A DNA stretch of 64,000 nt, from assembly GCA_049591595.1 (NCBI GenBank), contig JBAWFE010000020.1, positions 17,314 through 81,313 on the forward strand, in the 5' to 3' direction. The notes beneath the pieces are model-generated. The model was not told where the DNA came from and ran no database searches. It saw nothing but the letters and a program-made list of their open reading frames with translations. Positions within the stretch are counted from its first letter, which is position 1; each line of letters opens with the position of its first letter. Positions 28,349 to 37,958 of the stretch are shown here, one piece after another. The position numbers were made by a program, and so were the translations under genes. Source of the stretch: Candidatus Dormiibacterota bacterium. Lineage in GTDB: Bacteria > Chloroflexota > Dormibacteria > Aeolococcales > Bog-877.

Positions 28349-28948
28349 TCAATCCCGGCGCGCCCGCCGCTGCGGGTGGACGGTCTCGCCCCGCTCCAGC
28401 ATGGCCACGAACTGCTCGATGCGCCTGGATCGGGTTTCCAAGCGTTTCGCCTGGTTGATCCGGTAAAGCACCGCGTACCGGTTTTGGCTGGTCAGGATCT
28501 CGAACATTTCCTGGGCGCGGGGAGCGAGCTGCAACGCGGTAGCCAGGTCTGCCGGGATCTCCATGGCCGACTGGGGGGCGTAGGCAGCCTCCCAGCTCCC
28601 ATCGCCCTGGGCCCGCGCCACCGCGGACAAGCCGGCCGGTTGCATCCGGCCCTCGCTGGTCAACCGGGCGATGTTCTGGATGTTGTTCTGCGACCACTGG
28701 CTGCGGGCGAGTCGCGGCGTGAACCGCTGGCAGTAGGTGAGCTGGTCACGGCGCCGGACCTGACCATCGATCCATCCATGACAGAGAGCCTCGTCGAGCG
28801 CCTGCCCGTAGGTCAGACTGGTTGGATTGCTGGTGTCCCTTTTGGCCAGCACCAACCACACACCTGGCTGATCGTGGCTGTGCTTCACAAGCCACCGCCT
28901 CCAGGCCACGACGTCGAATACCGTCAGTTCAGGAAGTTCGACTTTCAA
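28349..28948 (-). CDS. YdeI/OmpD-associated family protein
   Basis: FDVVAWRRWLVKHSHDQPGVWLVLAKRD...LCHGWIDGQVRRRD...FTPRLARSQWSQNN. Confidence 0.75.
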   Translation of the reverse strand: MKVELPELTVFDVVAWRRWLVKHSHDQPGVWLVLAKRDTSNPTSLTYGQALDEALCHGWIDGQVRRRDQLTYCQRFTPRLARSQWSQNNIQNIARLTSEGRMQPAGLSAVARAQGDGSWEAAYAPQSAMEIPADLATALQLAPRAQEMFEILTSQNRYAVLYRINQAKRLETRSRRIEQFVAMLERGETVHPQRRARRD

Positions 28949-29156
28949 GCGGGCTGAAATCCTCCACCTGGCGACTCCGACGCTTCATAGCAGAGGTGAG
29001 GTGCGGTGCCGCACTTCAGGCACCTCCGCCGGGTTCTCCGTTAGCCCGGGGCGACACCGATTGACGGGCTGCGTCGTCTGTTGAGCTCTAATTTTCTGCG
29101 GGGAGTTGACCATCGCCTGGGCCGTGAGTTGAGTCGCACAGGGTCACCTGGACTGT

Positions 29157-29507
29157 TCAGGCCTCGACCACCTGGACACCGTAAGCAGCGATGCGGAAGT
29201 CTCTCGTAACAACAGTGAGTTCCTCGAGCTGCGACTGGGCCACGAGCATGCGGTCAATGGGATCGCGGTGAAGTCTCGGGAGCGCGCCAGCAACCAAAGC
29301 GTGGGCAAGGGAGATCGGAAGACTCGAGAATCCGTTTGATTCCAACTGTGCCGAGAGGTCGTCCGGTGCTCGGAGTTTTCCTAGCGAGCTCTTGATGGAG
29401 ATCTCCCAGGCCGTCGCGGCCGAGACGAACACCGCGTTATACGGGTCCGCGATCACTGACCGAGCGTTCGGCGTCAACCGCCGGTCAGCCAGCCACCACA
29501 GCAGCAC
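29157..29507 (-). CDS. vapC: type II toxin VapC (PIN domain); annotated GTG start cuts off conserved first Asp
   Basis: WEISIKS, HRDPIDRMLVAQS, VVTRDFRIAAYG PIN motifs; in-frame upstream codons encode VLLDTH. Confidence 0.75.
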   Translation of the reverse strand: MLLWWLADRRLTPNARSVIADPYNAVFVSAATAWEISIKSSLGKLRAPDDLSAQLESNGFSSLPISLAHALVAGALPRLHRDPIDRMLVAQSQLEELTVVTRDFRIAAYGVQVVEA

Positions 29508-29527
29508 ATGGGTGTCCAGTAGGACTC

Positions 29528-29773
29528 TTACTGCCCCTCTCCCCTGAAGGCGGCAGCTACTTCTGGAGGCAGCTCATCGAAGTCGTTAGCGATGTGGACT
29601 AGACCGCGCCAAGCCGCCAGCACGCGCGGCGCAGATCGATGTCCGATTGGAACAAGTCGGGCAACCGGTCTGCCCGCCCGCGCCAGGACGATCTCTTCGC
29701 CACGTGCGACCCGGTCAAGCAACTGGGAGAGGTGGGTTTTTGCCTCGTAGACGTTGACGCTCGTTGCCATCAC
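29528..29773 (-). CDS. Phd/YefM family antitoxin
   Basis: 81 aa MMATSVNVYEAKTHLSQLLDRVARGEEIVLARAGRPVARLVP; 20 nt upstream of vapC. Confidence 0.8.
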   Translation of the reverse strand: MMATSVNVYEAKTHLSQLLDRVARGEEIVLARAGRPVARLVPIGHRSAPRVLAAWRGLVHIANDFDELPPEVAAAFRGEGQ

Positions 29774-29838
29774 AGTGGATCGTATCTAATCAGACTAGAT
29801 CTGGTCACGTCGCCTATCGCGATCCAGTCCGGGTCGGT

Positions 29839-30159
29839 CTAGAGCGAGCGAAAGATCACCGCCAGACCGGCGAAGATCAGCACCAGGGACACAAGTGCGA
29901 GACAGCCAAAATCGAAACTGACCAGTACCCGGAACCATCCGGAGAGCTCTTCCACCCCAGGCGAGCGAAGGGGCCGCGACCTCTCCTGGAGCGGCCCCTG
30001 CCGGGCCACCGGCTCCTCAGCCCGCGCCCGCGCCCAGATGCTCCGCAGGCTGATGGCGGCACCGCCCGCCATCAGAAGTCCGACGGCCAGGATCACAACC
30101 CCCAATCCGACGCCCCCCGATGGGGCAACCACCGCGACCAGCGAGCTGGCTAGGGGCAT
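29839..30159 (-). CDS. small 2-TM membrane protein, last gene of cta cluster
   Basis: 106 aa; hydrophobic N- and C-terminal helices. Confidence 0.4.
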   Translation of the reverse strand: MPLASSLVAVVAPSGGVGLGVVILAVGLLMAGGAAISLRSIWARARAEEPVARQGPLQERSRPLRSPGVEELSGWFRVLVSFDFGCLALVSLVLIFAGLAVIFRSL

Positions 30160-30198
30160 GGAGCCTCACCCCAGAGATGACGTGGCGCCCGGCGCGAC

Positions 30199-30429
30199 CT
30201 AGGGCAACGAGCGGTATTCGTGCCTCGCCTCGCGGACCCAACCGCCCAGCGAAACCACGACGATGATCAGGCCGACGATCACCACCTCCAGCTTAGTGAT
30301 CACGCCGATCAGCGACATGGCGATCCCGATGGCCAGCAGGATGGGCCAAAAGCTGGGTCCGGGGAGATGGTGGGGGTCCTCCCCCCCGTGGCTCAACGGT
30401 GCCTCCACCGAGGGCTCCTCACTTGGCAT
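30199..30429 (-). CDS. small 2-TM membrane protein, possible oxidase accessory subunit (subunit IV-like)
   Basis: 76 aa HHLPGPSFWPILLAIGIAMSLIGV...VVIVGLIIVVVSLGGW. Confidence 0.4.
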   Translation of the reverse strand: MPSEEPSVEAPLSHGGEDPHHLPGPSFWPILLAIGIAMSLIGVITKLEVVIVGLIIVVVSLGGWVREARHEYRSLP

Positions 30430-30544
30430 GCGCAGCCGCCAGGTACAAGACAGCCCAGATGAACCCGAGTCCCAGCATCAGGATCCCGATCCCGGTTAGG
30501 AGCAGCCCGAGCCGCACATTCGCGCGGGCCTCTTTACGTTGCAT
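30419..30544 (-). CDS. 41-aa single-TM micro-protein translationally coupled to ctaA (TGATG overlap)
   Basis: MQRKEARANVRLGLLLTGIGILMLGLGFIWAVLYLAAAHAK; ORF track lists a longer 80-aa version. Confidence 0.3.
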   Translation of the reverse strand: MQRKEARANVRLGLLLTGIGILMLGLGFIWAVLYLAAAHAK

Positions 30545-31548
30545 CAGTGGTTCCCTGTTTCTGGCTGCGCCAACGGTGGCTTGGGGTTGACACCGCCGAG
30601 TAAACCACGGTCGGAGGCGCTGGTGGTGCTGGCCGAACCGGCGTCGGCCGCCACCAGCCATCCGATGGTCGCCAGGATCACGACCGTCGCCCAGGTAGCG
30701 GACCCCAGTGCCAGATGCAGGTCCTGGAGCGCCTCCGGAGCCTGGAGCGTCGCCACCAGTCCGCCCGCGGCGATCTGCGCCAACAGAAGCACGGCCAAGA
30801 GATCGGCCAACACGCGCGCTCCTCTAATGCCGCGCCAGTGTCGGGCGGCGTGCATCACGAAGAGTGCGATCAGGATGGTCGCGACCAGCACCATCAGGCG
30901 GTGGACGTCCTGAATGATCACCAGCTGTTGGGGTTGACCTGAAGAGGATGTGCATCCCGGCCAGGAGGGACAGGCGTAGGTCGCACCCCCATCGACGACC
31001 AGCGAGCCCGAGATCATCACCAAGAAGGTGGCCACCACGGTCCACCAGCCGCGGGGATGGAGCCGTCGGCCGAGACTAGGTCTTCGCTCAACCAGACTCG
31101 CGACCGCAGTGACCCAGACGACTCCGAGCAGGATCATCGCGGTGAGCAGATGCAGCGCCACCGTGATCGGGGCGTTGTGGGTGATGACGGTGATCGCACC
31201 AAGGATGATCTGGATGATGATGATCACCAGCGCCGCCAGAGCCGGTCGGAAAATCGTCGGGCGCTGGCGCGCGAAGCGCCAGGCGGCCAGGGCCGTCAGG
31301 ATCACGAAGACCGTGACCAACGACACCAGATATCGGTGGGACTGCTCGAGTATCGAATGGAAGTTGTCGATCGGTCCCAGCTGGCCGTAGCAAAGGGGCC
31401 AGCCGGGGCACCCCATACCGGACTCGGTGACCCGGACGGTGCTGCCCAGAATCACAAGGAAGTAGGTGAGCACCCCGGTCACCAGCGCCAGGATCGGAAG
31501 CAGCCGCGAGAGCCGCTGGGGGATCAGCCCCAGGGGATTCCGAATCAA
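30544..31548 (-). CDS. ctaA: heme A synthase (CtaA/COX15)
   Basis: GMGCPGWPLCYGQ and CPSWPGC cysteine pairs, HLLTAM/HLALGS His pairs, 8 TM. Confidence 0.85.
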   Translation of the reverse strand: MIRNPLGLIPQRLSRLLPILALVTGVLTYFLVILGSTVRVTESGMGCPGWPLCYGQLGPIDNFHSILEQSHRYLVSLVTVFVILTALAAWRFARQRPTIFRPALAALVIIIIQIILGAITVITHNAPITVALHLLTAMILLGVVWVTAVASLVERRPSLGRRLHPRGWWTVVATFLVMISGSLVVDGGATYACPSWPGCTSSSGQPQQLVIIQDVHRLMVLVATILIALFVMHAARHWRGIRGARVLADLLAVLLLAQIAAGGLVATLQAPEALQDLHLALGSATWATVVILATIGWLVAADAGSASTTSASDRGLLGGVNPKPPLAQPETGNH

Positions 31549-33203
31549 GGAAGCACGGTGCCCGGGGGATTTATCTGGTGACCCGAGAGCCGCCAGTCCC
31601 GGAGGGGCCGGTCACTGGTGACCGGGGGCAGATCCTCAAAGTTGTACGGCGGCGGCGGCGAGGTTGTGTACCACTCCAGGGAGTTGCCTTCCCAGGGGTC
31701 GTTGGGAGCGGTCTTGGGGCCATGCAGTGACAGCACGACGTTGTACAAGAACACCAGGATCGCCAGCCCGATGATGAAGGACCCGATGGTTGAGGTGAGG
31801 TTGAGTGCGCCCCAGCCGCGGTCGATACCGTAGGTCGCAATCCGGCGGGGCATTCCCAGCACCCCGAGGATGTGCATCGGCATGAAAGTGAGGTTGAACC
31901 CAAGTATCAGCAGCCAGAAGTGCCACTTGCCGAGGCGCTCGCCGAGATACCGACCGAATATCTTCGGCCACCAGTAATAAAGCCCCGCAAATACCGCGAA
32001 AAGCGAGCCGCCGACCAGAACGTAATGAATGTGGGCGACCACCCAGTAAGTGCCGTTGAGCTCGTAGTCAATCCCCAAAGACGCCAAGAAGACCCCGTCT
32101 AAACCGCCGATGAGGAACATCAGGAGAAACCCCACCGCGAACAGCATCGAGGTGGTGAAGCGAATCGAACCACCCCACAAGGTCCCCAGCCAGTTGAAGA
32201 TCTTCACCCCGGTCGGTATAGCGATCACCATGGTGCTGGCCATGAAGAAGATCTGCACCGGCAGCGGCAAGCCCACGGTGAACATGTGGTGCGCGAAGAC
32301 CATGAAGCCCAGCACCCCGATGGCCGCCATGGATACCGCCATGGCGCGGTAGCCGAAAATCGGTTTACGGGTGAATACCGGCAAGATTTCCGATATCAGA
32401 CCGAAGCCGGGCAGCACCATGATGTACACCGCCGGGTGCGAATAAAACCAGAAGATCAGCTGGTAGAGGACGGCGTTCCCGCCTGACGCCGGGTTGAAGA
32501 AGTTGGTGCCTAGCTGGCGGTCCAACAGAACCATGGCCAAGGCGGCCGCCAAAAACGGCGAGGCCAACAGGACCAGTGCGGAGGTGACCTCCATCGACCA
32601 CACGAACAGCGGGATGCGAAACCAGGTCATCCCGGGAGCCCGCATCCGATGGATGGTGACCAGGAAGTTGACTGCCCCCATCACCGACGAGATACCGAGG
32701 ATGTGCAACCCCAAGATCCATAGGTCTTGACCCACCTGGGGGGTGTACAGCTTCTCCGCCAACGGGACGTAGCCAGTCCAGCCGTCCGACGCCGCACCAC
32801 CCGGCAGCAAGAAGCCGCTGTACATCACCAGACCACCCAGCGGCACCAGCCAGAAAGCAAAGGCATTGATGCGAGGGAATGCCATGTCCTTGGCACCGAT
32901 CATCAAGGGCACCATGAAGTTCCCGAACGCACTCCAGACGGGAATCACGAACAAGAAGATCATCGTGGTCCCATGCATGGTGAACAGTTGGTCGTACTGC
33001 TGCGCCGTGAGCAGGGTGTTGTTGGGCTCGGCCAGCTGGGTGCGGATCAGCAGCGCCATCAGACCGCCGATGCAGAAGAAGATGAAGGTCGTGAAGAAGT
33101 ACAGGATCGCGATGCGCTTGTGGTCGGTGGTGGTAACCCACTCCCAGACCTTGCCGTAGGAGCGTGGTACCGGCCGAGAGAGGGGCAGGTCAGCGGAGCT
33201 CAT
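31545..33203 (-). CDS. ctaD: cytochrome c oxidase subunit I (A-type)
   Basis: 552 aa; WFYSHPAVYIMVLPGFGLISEI, MAFPRINAFAFW, HHMFTVG. Confidence 0.9.
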   Translation of the reverse strand: MSSADLPLSRPVPRSYGKVWEWVTTTDHKRIAILYFFTTFIFFCIGGLMALLIRTQLAEPNNTLLTAQQYDQLFTMHGTTMIFLFVIPVWSAFGNFMVPLMIGAKDMAFPRINAFAFWLVPLGGLVMYSGFLLPGGAASDGWTGYVPLAEKLYTPQVGQDLWILGLHILGISSVMGAVNFLVTIHRMRAPGMTWFRIPLFVWSMEVTSALVLLASPFLAAALAMVLLDRQLGTNFFNPASGGNAVLYQLIFWFYSHPAVYIMVLPGFGLISEILPVFTRKPIFGYRAMAVSMAAIGVLGFMVFAHHMFTVGLPLPVQIFFMASTMVIAIPTGVKIFNWLGTLWGGSIRFTTSMLFAVGFLLMFLIGGLDGVFLASLGIDYELNGTYWVVAHIHYVLVGGSLFAVFAGLYYWWPKIFGRYLGERLGKWHFWLLILGFNLTFMPMHILGVLGMPRRIATYGIDRGWGALNLTSTIGSFIIGLAILVFLYNVVLSLHGPKTAPNDPWEGNSLEWYTTSPPPPYNFEDLPPVTSDRPLRDWRLSGHQINPPGTVLP

Positions 33204-33220
33204 GAATCCTCACAAACGGC

Positions 33221-34048
33221 TCAGGCAAGGCTGCCGAGATAACTCTTGTACTGGGCGATCGAGACGACCTTGACCGTGATCAGCATGGTGTCGTGTCCAA
33301 CCCCGCAGAACTCGTAGCACTGCCCTTCGAAGATGCCCGTTTCGCTGGCCTCGATGAAGGCGTGGTTGGTGATTCCCGGGAGGGCGTCGATCTTGGCCCC
33401 CAACGCTGGCACCCAGAAGCCGTGGATGACATCCTTGGAGATGGTGGTCAGGTCGATCGGCGTGTTGACCGGGATCTCCATCGTCCGAATCGAGCTCTTG
33501 CCGTTGGAGTAGGTGAAGGTCCAGTAGAACTGCTGGCCGGTGACGTGAATCGCTACCGGGTCGCGACCGGCCGGAGTCGCTGGGCTAGGACCGCTGCGCA
33601 GATAGCCGACGTTGACGACGTTGAAGATGAAAAGGGCAAACAGCAGGACCGCCGGACCGGCGATCCATGCGCGCTCCACCCGTTTGTTGCCGTGAATCTG
33701 GGCAGGCATCTCGTCATCCGACCGCCGCCGGAAACGGAAGCAGGCGTAAAGAATGGCGCCCCCCACTCCCAACAGCACCACGATCGAGCAGGCCAGGAAT
33801 ACGTAGAAGAGCATGTCGATGGTTCGGGCGGGGGGACCGCCGGGATTGAGGAAGTTGGTGTTGGCCGCCAGGGCCGGAGAAAAGGTCAGGATGCCCGCCC
33901 CCATGATGCCGAGCGAGGTCGCGGCGAGCAGCTTGCCGCCAAGGCGGGCGCCTCTGGTCTTCAACGTTCCTCCGCAACTCCCCGTGCCTAGGTCCCGACC
34001 GCGGCTAACCGTGGGACCCGCGCCAAAAGGCGAGTCGAGTATGGCCAT
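33221..34048 (-). CDS. ctaC: cytochrome c oxidase subunit II
   Basis: 275 aa; CuA site GQCYEFCGVGHDTM; signal/TM N-terminus. Confidence 0.9.
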   Translation of the reverse strand: MAILDSPFGAGPTVSRGRDLGTGSCGGTLKTRGARLGGKLLAATSLGIMGAGILTFSPALAANTNFLNPGGPPARTIDMLFYVFLACSIVVLLGVGGAILYACFRFRRRSDDEMPAQIHGNKRVERAWIAGPAVLLFALFIFNVVNVGYLRSGPSPATPAGRDPVAIHVTGQQFYWTFTYSNGKSSIRTMEIPVNTPIDLTTISKDVIHGFWVPALGAKIDALPGITNHAFIEASETGIFEGQCYEFCGVGHDTMLITVKVVSIAQYKSYLGSLA

Positions 34049-34124
34049 CGGCTGATCTCACTGTCAAACGGGGGCAGCTCGTGGAGTCGGGGTGGTCTGG
34101 AACTAAGATGGAAGAGTCGGCGGC

Positions 34125-36821
34125 GTGAGTTCCAAGAGTGGAGAGAGCATGGTCGAAGGCCCGTTGCAGGACCCCCTCGGAGTCAGGGCAGAGTTGGGGG
34201 CGGGAGGGCCGAGCTTCTACAGTCTCGGCCGACTCAGGGACCTGGGACTCGCCGACCCCGACCCGCTGCCAAGCACCGTCAAGGTCTGGCTCGAGATGCT
34301 CCTACGGGAGGCTGGCGGTCGCCACTCCACACCGGAGAACGCCCTCTTCCTGGCCAACTGGCGCGGACAGGTGGCCGAGGAAGACCGAGAGCGCGAGCTG
34401 CCCTACTTTCCGGCCCGGGTCCTGCTCCAGGACTTCACTGGCGTTCCGGCGGTGGTCGATCTGGCCTCGATGAGATCGGCCATGGTTCGGGCCGGGGGCG
34501 ATCCCGGCCGGATCGACCCCTTGGTCGATGCCGACCTGGTCATCGATCACTCGGTCCAGGTAGACGCCTTTGGCAGCGAGTCTGCCTACGGCACAAATCT
34601 GGAGCGCGAGTACCAGCGCAACTACGAGCGCTACAGCCTGCTGCGCTGGGCCCAACAGGCCTTTCGCGGGTTTCGGGTAGTGCCTCCCGGGATGGGGATC
34701 TGTCACCAGGTCAACCTGGAGTACCTAGGCCGGGTGGTCCAGCTGCGAAATCAGAACGGCCGCCCGCTGGCCCTTCCGGACACCCTGGTGGGCACGGACT
34801 CGCACACCACCATGATCAACGGCCTGGGGGTCCTGGGCTGGGGCGTGGGAGGCATCGAGGCAGAGGCCGCCATGCTCGGTCAGCCGCTCCTGCTCACCCC
34901 CCCACTGGTGCTGGGCGTGCGCTTCACCGGCCGCCTTCAACCGGGAGTCACCGCCACCGACTTGGTGCTGCGGGTCACCGAGTGGCTGAGGGGAGTCGGG
35001 GTGGTCGGGAAGTTTGTCGAGTTCTGCGGGGACGGGCTGGATGGGCTTTCGCTGGCTGACCGGGCAACTATCAGCAATATGGCACCGGAGTACGGTGCCA
35101 CTGCCTCGCTCTTTCCGGTGGACCAGATCGTTCTCGACTACCTCGCCATCACCGGTCGACCGCCGGAGTTGATCGACCTGGTGGAGCGGTACACCAAAGA
35201 GCAGGGTCTCTTCCGGACCGCCGACTCCCCGATCCCCATCTTCTCGGAGGTCCTCGAACTCGACCTCGACACCATCGAGCCCAGTGTCGCGGGGCCCCGA
35301 CGTCCCCAGGACCGGGTCCCGCTGGCCCAGATCGGTGAGAGCTTCGTCAGCAACTTTCCCCCCCAGGTCGATCTCGCCTCCCCGCCGGAGAAGCCCCGAC
35401 TGGAGGACGGCTCGGTGGTGATCGCGGCCATCACCAGCTGCACCAACACCTCCAACCCCAGCGTGATGGTGGCGGCGGGGCTCCTGGCCAAACGGGCGAG
35501 GGAGCGCGGGATCCGCCCCCCTTCGTTCGTCAAGACCAGCATGGCGCCTGGGTCGCGGGTGGTGACCGACTATCTGCGCCAGTCCGATCTGCTCCCAGCC
35601 TTGGAGTCGATCGGATTTGACGTCGTCGGATATGGGTGCACCACTTGCATCGGCAACAGCGGTCCCCTGCCTGACGAAGTGGCGCGCGAGGTCGAGGAGC
35701 AGAACCTCCAGGTGGCCGCCGTGCTCAGCGGCAACCGGAACTTCGAGGGCCGGATCCATCCCCAGGTCAGGGCCGCCTATCTGGCCTCGCCCCCGATCGT
35801 GGTCGCCTTCGCCTTGGCGGGCACCGTTCGCCGGAACCTAACCGAGGAGCCGCTCGGGCTGGACCGAGACGGCCGGCCAGTCTTTCTGAGGGAGCTCTGG
35901 CCCAGCGCGGCCGAGGTGGACCAGGTGATCGCCTCGGCGGTCAAGCCCGAGTTCTTCGCCCGGGAATACGAGCGGATCTTCGGCGGTGACGAGCACTGGG
36001 CCGAGATGGACTCGCCGACGGGACCGATCTACCAGTGGGAGGCCTCCTCCACCTACATCCGCGAGATGCCGCTCTTCGAAGGCATGTCGGCAGAGCCGAA
36101 GCCCATAGCGGACATCGAGGGTGCTCGGGTCCTGGCCCTACTGGGAGATTCCGTGACCACGGACCACATCTCCCCGGCCGGGGCGATAGCCCAGACCAGC
36201 CCAGCCGGTGAGTACCTGCAGTCGCTCGACGTCGGGCCTAGGGAATTCAACAGTTACGGATCGCGCCGGGGAAACCACGAAGTGATGATCCGGGGCACGT
36301 TCGGCAATGTCCGGTTGCGAAATCAGTTGGCTGCCGGAAAGGAGGGTTGGTTCACCTCTCACCAGCCGGGCGGCGAGCCGAGCACCATCTACGACGCGGC
36401 AGTCAGGTACCGCGAGGAAGGGGTACCTCTGATTGTGATAGGTGGCAAGGAATACGGCTCCGGCAGCTCCCGTGACTGGGCCGCCAAGGGGACAGCCCTA
36501 CTGGGAGTGCGGGTGGTGCTGGCAGAGAGCTTCGAACGGATCCACCGCAGCAATCTAGTCGGGATGGGAGTGCTCCCGATCCAGTTCCAATCGGGCGAAT
36601 CCGCGGAGAGCCTGGGTCTGGACGGCACCGAATCCTTCTCACTTGCCAATCTGGCCCAGCTGCTCAAGCCCCGGGCTACCCTCTCCCTCTCCGTCCAGGA
36701 CCAGTCGGGCCGGACCCAAGAGATCTCGGTGGTCGCCCGGGTCGACAGCCAGAACGAGGTCGAGCAGCTGCGCCACGGGGGTGTACTGCAGATGGTGCTG
36801 CGACAGTTCCTAGCCGAGTAG
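34125..36821 (+). CDS. acnA: aconitate hydratase A
   Basis: 898 aa; GTDSHTTMINGLGVLGWGVGGIEAEAAMLGQP, SGNRNFEGR, Fe-S Cys ligands. Confidence 0.9.
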   Translation: MSSKSGESMVEGPLQDPLGVRAELGAGGPSFYSLGRLRDLGLADPDPLPSTVKVWLEMLLREAGGRHSTPENALFLANWRGQVAEEDRERELPYFPARVLLQDFTGVPAVVDLASMRSAMVRAGGDPGRIDPLVDADLVIDHSVQVDAFGSESAYGTNLEREYQRNYERYSLLRWAQQAFRGFRVVPPGMGICHQVNLEYLGRVVQLRNQNGRPLALPDTLVGTDSHTTMINGLGVLGWGVGGIEAEAAMLGQPLLLTPPLVLGVRFTGRLQPGVTATDLVLRVTEWLRGVGVVGKFVEFCGDGLDGLSLADRATISNMAPEYGATASLFPVDQIVLDYLAITGRPPELIDLVERYTKEQGLFRTADSPIPIFSEVLELDLDTIEPSVAGPRRPQDRVPLAQIGESFVSNFPPQVDLASPPEKPRLEDGSVVIAAITSCTNTSNPSVMVAAGLLAKRARERGIRPPSFVKTSMAPGSRVVTDYLRQSDLLPALESIGFDVVGYGCTTCIGNSGPLPDEVAREVEEQNLQVAAVLSGNRNFEGRIHPQVRAAYLASPPIVVAFALAGTVRRNLTEEPLGLDRDGRPVFLRELWPSAAEVDQVIASAVKPEFFAREYERIFGGDEHWAEMDSPTGPIYQWEASSTYIREMPLFEGMSAEPKPIADIEGARVLALLGDSVTTDHISPAGAIAQTSPAGEYLQSLDVGPREFNSYGSRRGNHEVMIRGTFGNVRLRNQLAAGKEGWFTSHQPGGEPSTIYDAAVRYREEGVPLIVIGGKEYGSGSSRDWAAKGTALLGVRVVLAESFERIHRSNLVGMGVLPIQFQSGESAESLGLDGTESFSLANLAQLLKPRATLSLSVQDQSGRTQEISVVARVDSQNEVEQLRHGGVLQMVLRQFLAE

Positions 36822-36828
36822 GCCGGCT

Positions 36829-37866
36829 GTGACCGCCACCCACGTCAGCTCACCGGTGGAGCGGGTACTCCACGGCCGGGGTTCGGCCCGGTCGCTGCCC
36901 GAGGAATTGGAGCGGCTAGGGGCCAGCCGGGTGGTGGTGGTGAGCTCCGCGACCCTGTCGAAGGAGACGGCGGTGATCTCTAAGGTGGAGAAGGCGATCG
37001 CGTCGCGCCACCAAGCCACCTTCACCGGTCTGAGCCAGCACACTCCAGATCAGGCAGTCGGTGAGTTGGCGCAGTTGCTGCGCGACCACCGAGCCGACGG
37101 AGTGGTGAGCGTCGGTGGCGGAAGTGTCATCGATGGCTGCAAGGCGGCGCTCCATGCGGTCGGAGCAGGGAGTGCGGTGCATCTGGCAATCCCCACCACC
37201 TTGTCGGGAGCGGAGTTCACCGGCAGCGCCGGGATCACAGATGGACCGACCCGCCAGAAGCGCAGCATCGTCGACCGCCAAGCGGCCCCGAGAGTGGTGA
37301 TCCTCGATCCCGAGCTCACTCTCCACACCCCGGAACGACTCTGGCTGGGCACGGGGATACGGGCGGTCGATCACGCGGTGGAGACGGTGTGGTCGCCGGT
37401 CCGGGACCCGCTGAGCAACTACCTGGCGCTGGAGGCTCTCCGTCGGCTGCGATCGGCCCTCCCGAGCTGCCGTCGCGATAGTGACGACGTCGACGCCCGC
37501 CACGACGCGCAGATCGCGGCCTGGTGGGCTGCACTCGGGCTCGCGGCGGTGCCGATGGGCGCCAGCCACACCTTGGGGAAGTTGCTGGGAGCGCCCTTCG
37601 GGATCCCCCATGGCCTCACATCCTGCGCCCTCCTCCCGTCGGTGATCCAGGAGATGGCCCACCGGGATCCCGACCGGGTGGCGGCCCTCGCGCCCGCGTT
37701 CGAGGTCGGCGGCCCTCAGGCGGTGGCGGCCGCCTGTCGCCAGCTGATCACCGAGTTGGGACTGCCCACGTCTCTCTCCCAACTTGGGCTCGCCGACGAC
37801 GACATGGCCAGCTACCTGGAATCAGTTCCTACGGAGTGGCGCGAGGTGGTCCGAGCCGCGTTCTGA
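36829..37866 (+). CDS. iron-containing alcohol dehydrogenase family oxidoreductase (maleylacetate reductase-like)
   Basis: 345 aa; VVSVGGGSVIDGCKA motif. Confidence 0.75.
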   Translation: MTATHVSSPVERVLHGRGSARSLPEELERLGASRVVVVSSATLSKETAVISKVEKAIASRHQATFTGLSQHTPDQAVGELAQLLRDHRADGVVSVGGGSVIDGCKAALHAVGAGSAVHLAIPTTLSGAEFTGSAGITDGPTRQKRSIVDRQAAPRVVILDPELTLHTPERLWLGTGIRAVDHAVETVWSPVRDPLSNYLALEALRRLRSALPSCRRDSDDVDARHDAQIAAWWAALGLAAVPMGASHTLGKLLGAPFGIPHGLTSCALLPSVIQEMAHRDPDRVAALAPAFEVGGPQAVAAACRQLITELGLPTSLSQLGLADDDMASYLESVPTEWREVVRAAF

Positions 37867-37921
37867 GCGCAGGTCGTGCGGGCGCTGACCGGCCGCATGC
37901 GTTTTATTTGATGTCCTTAAC

Positions 37922-37951
37922 TTGCTTTGGTTTCGATTCTCATTCTATAAT
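37922..37951 (+). promoter_or_regulatory. sigma70-like promoter TTGCTT-18nt-TATAAT, 7 nt upstream of znuA GTG (leaderless transcript predicted)
   Basis: AT-rich island in GC-rich DNA; perfect -10 hexamer at 37946..37951. Confidence 0.5.
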
Positions 37952-37958
37952 CCGCCGC

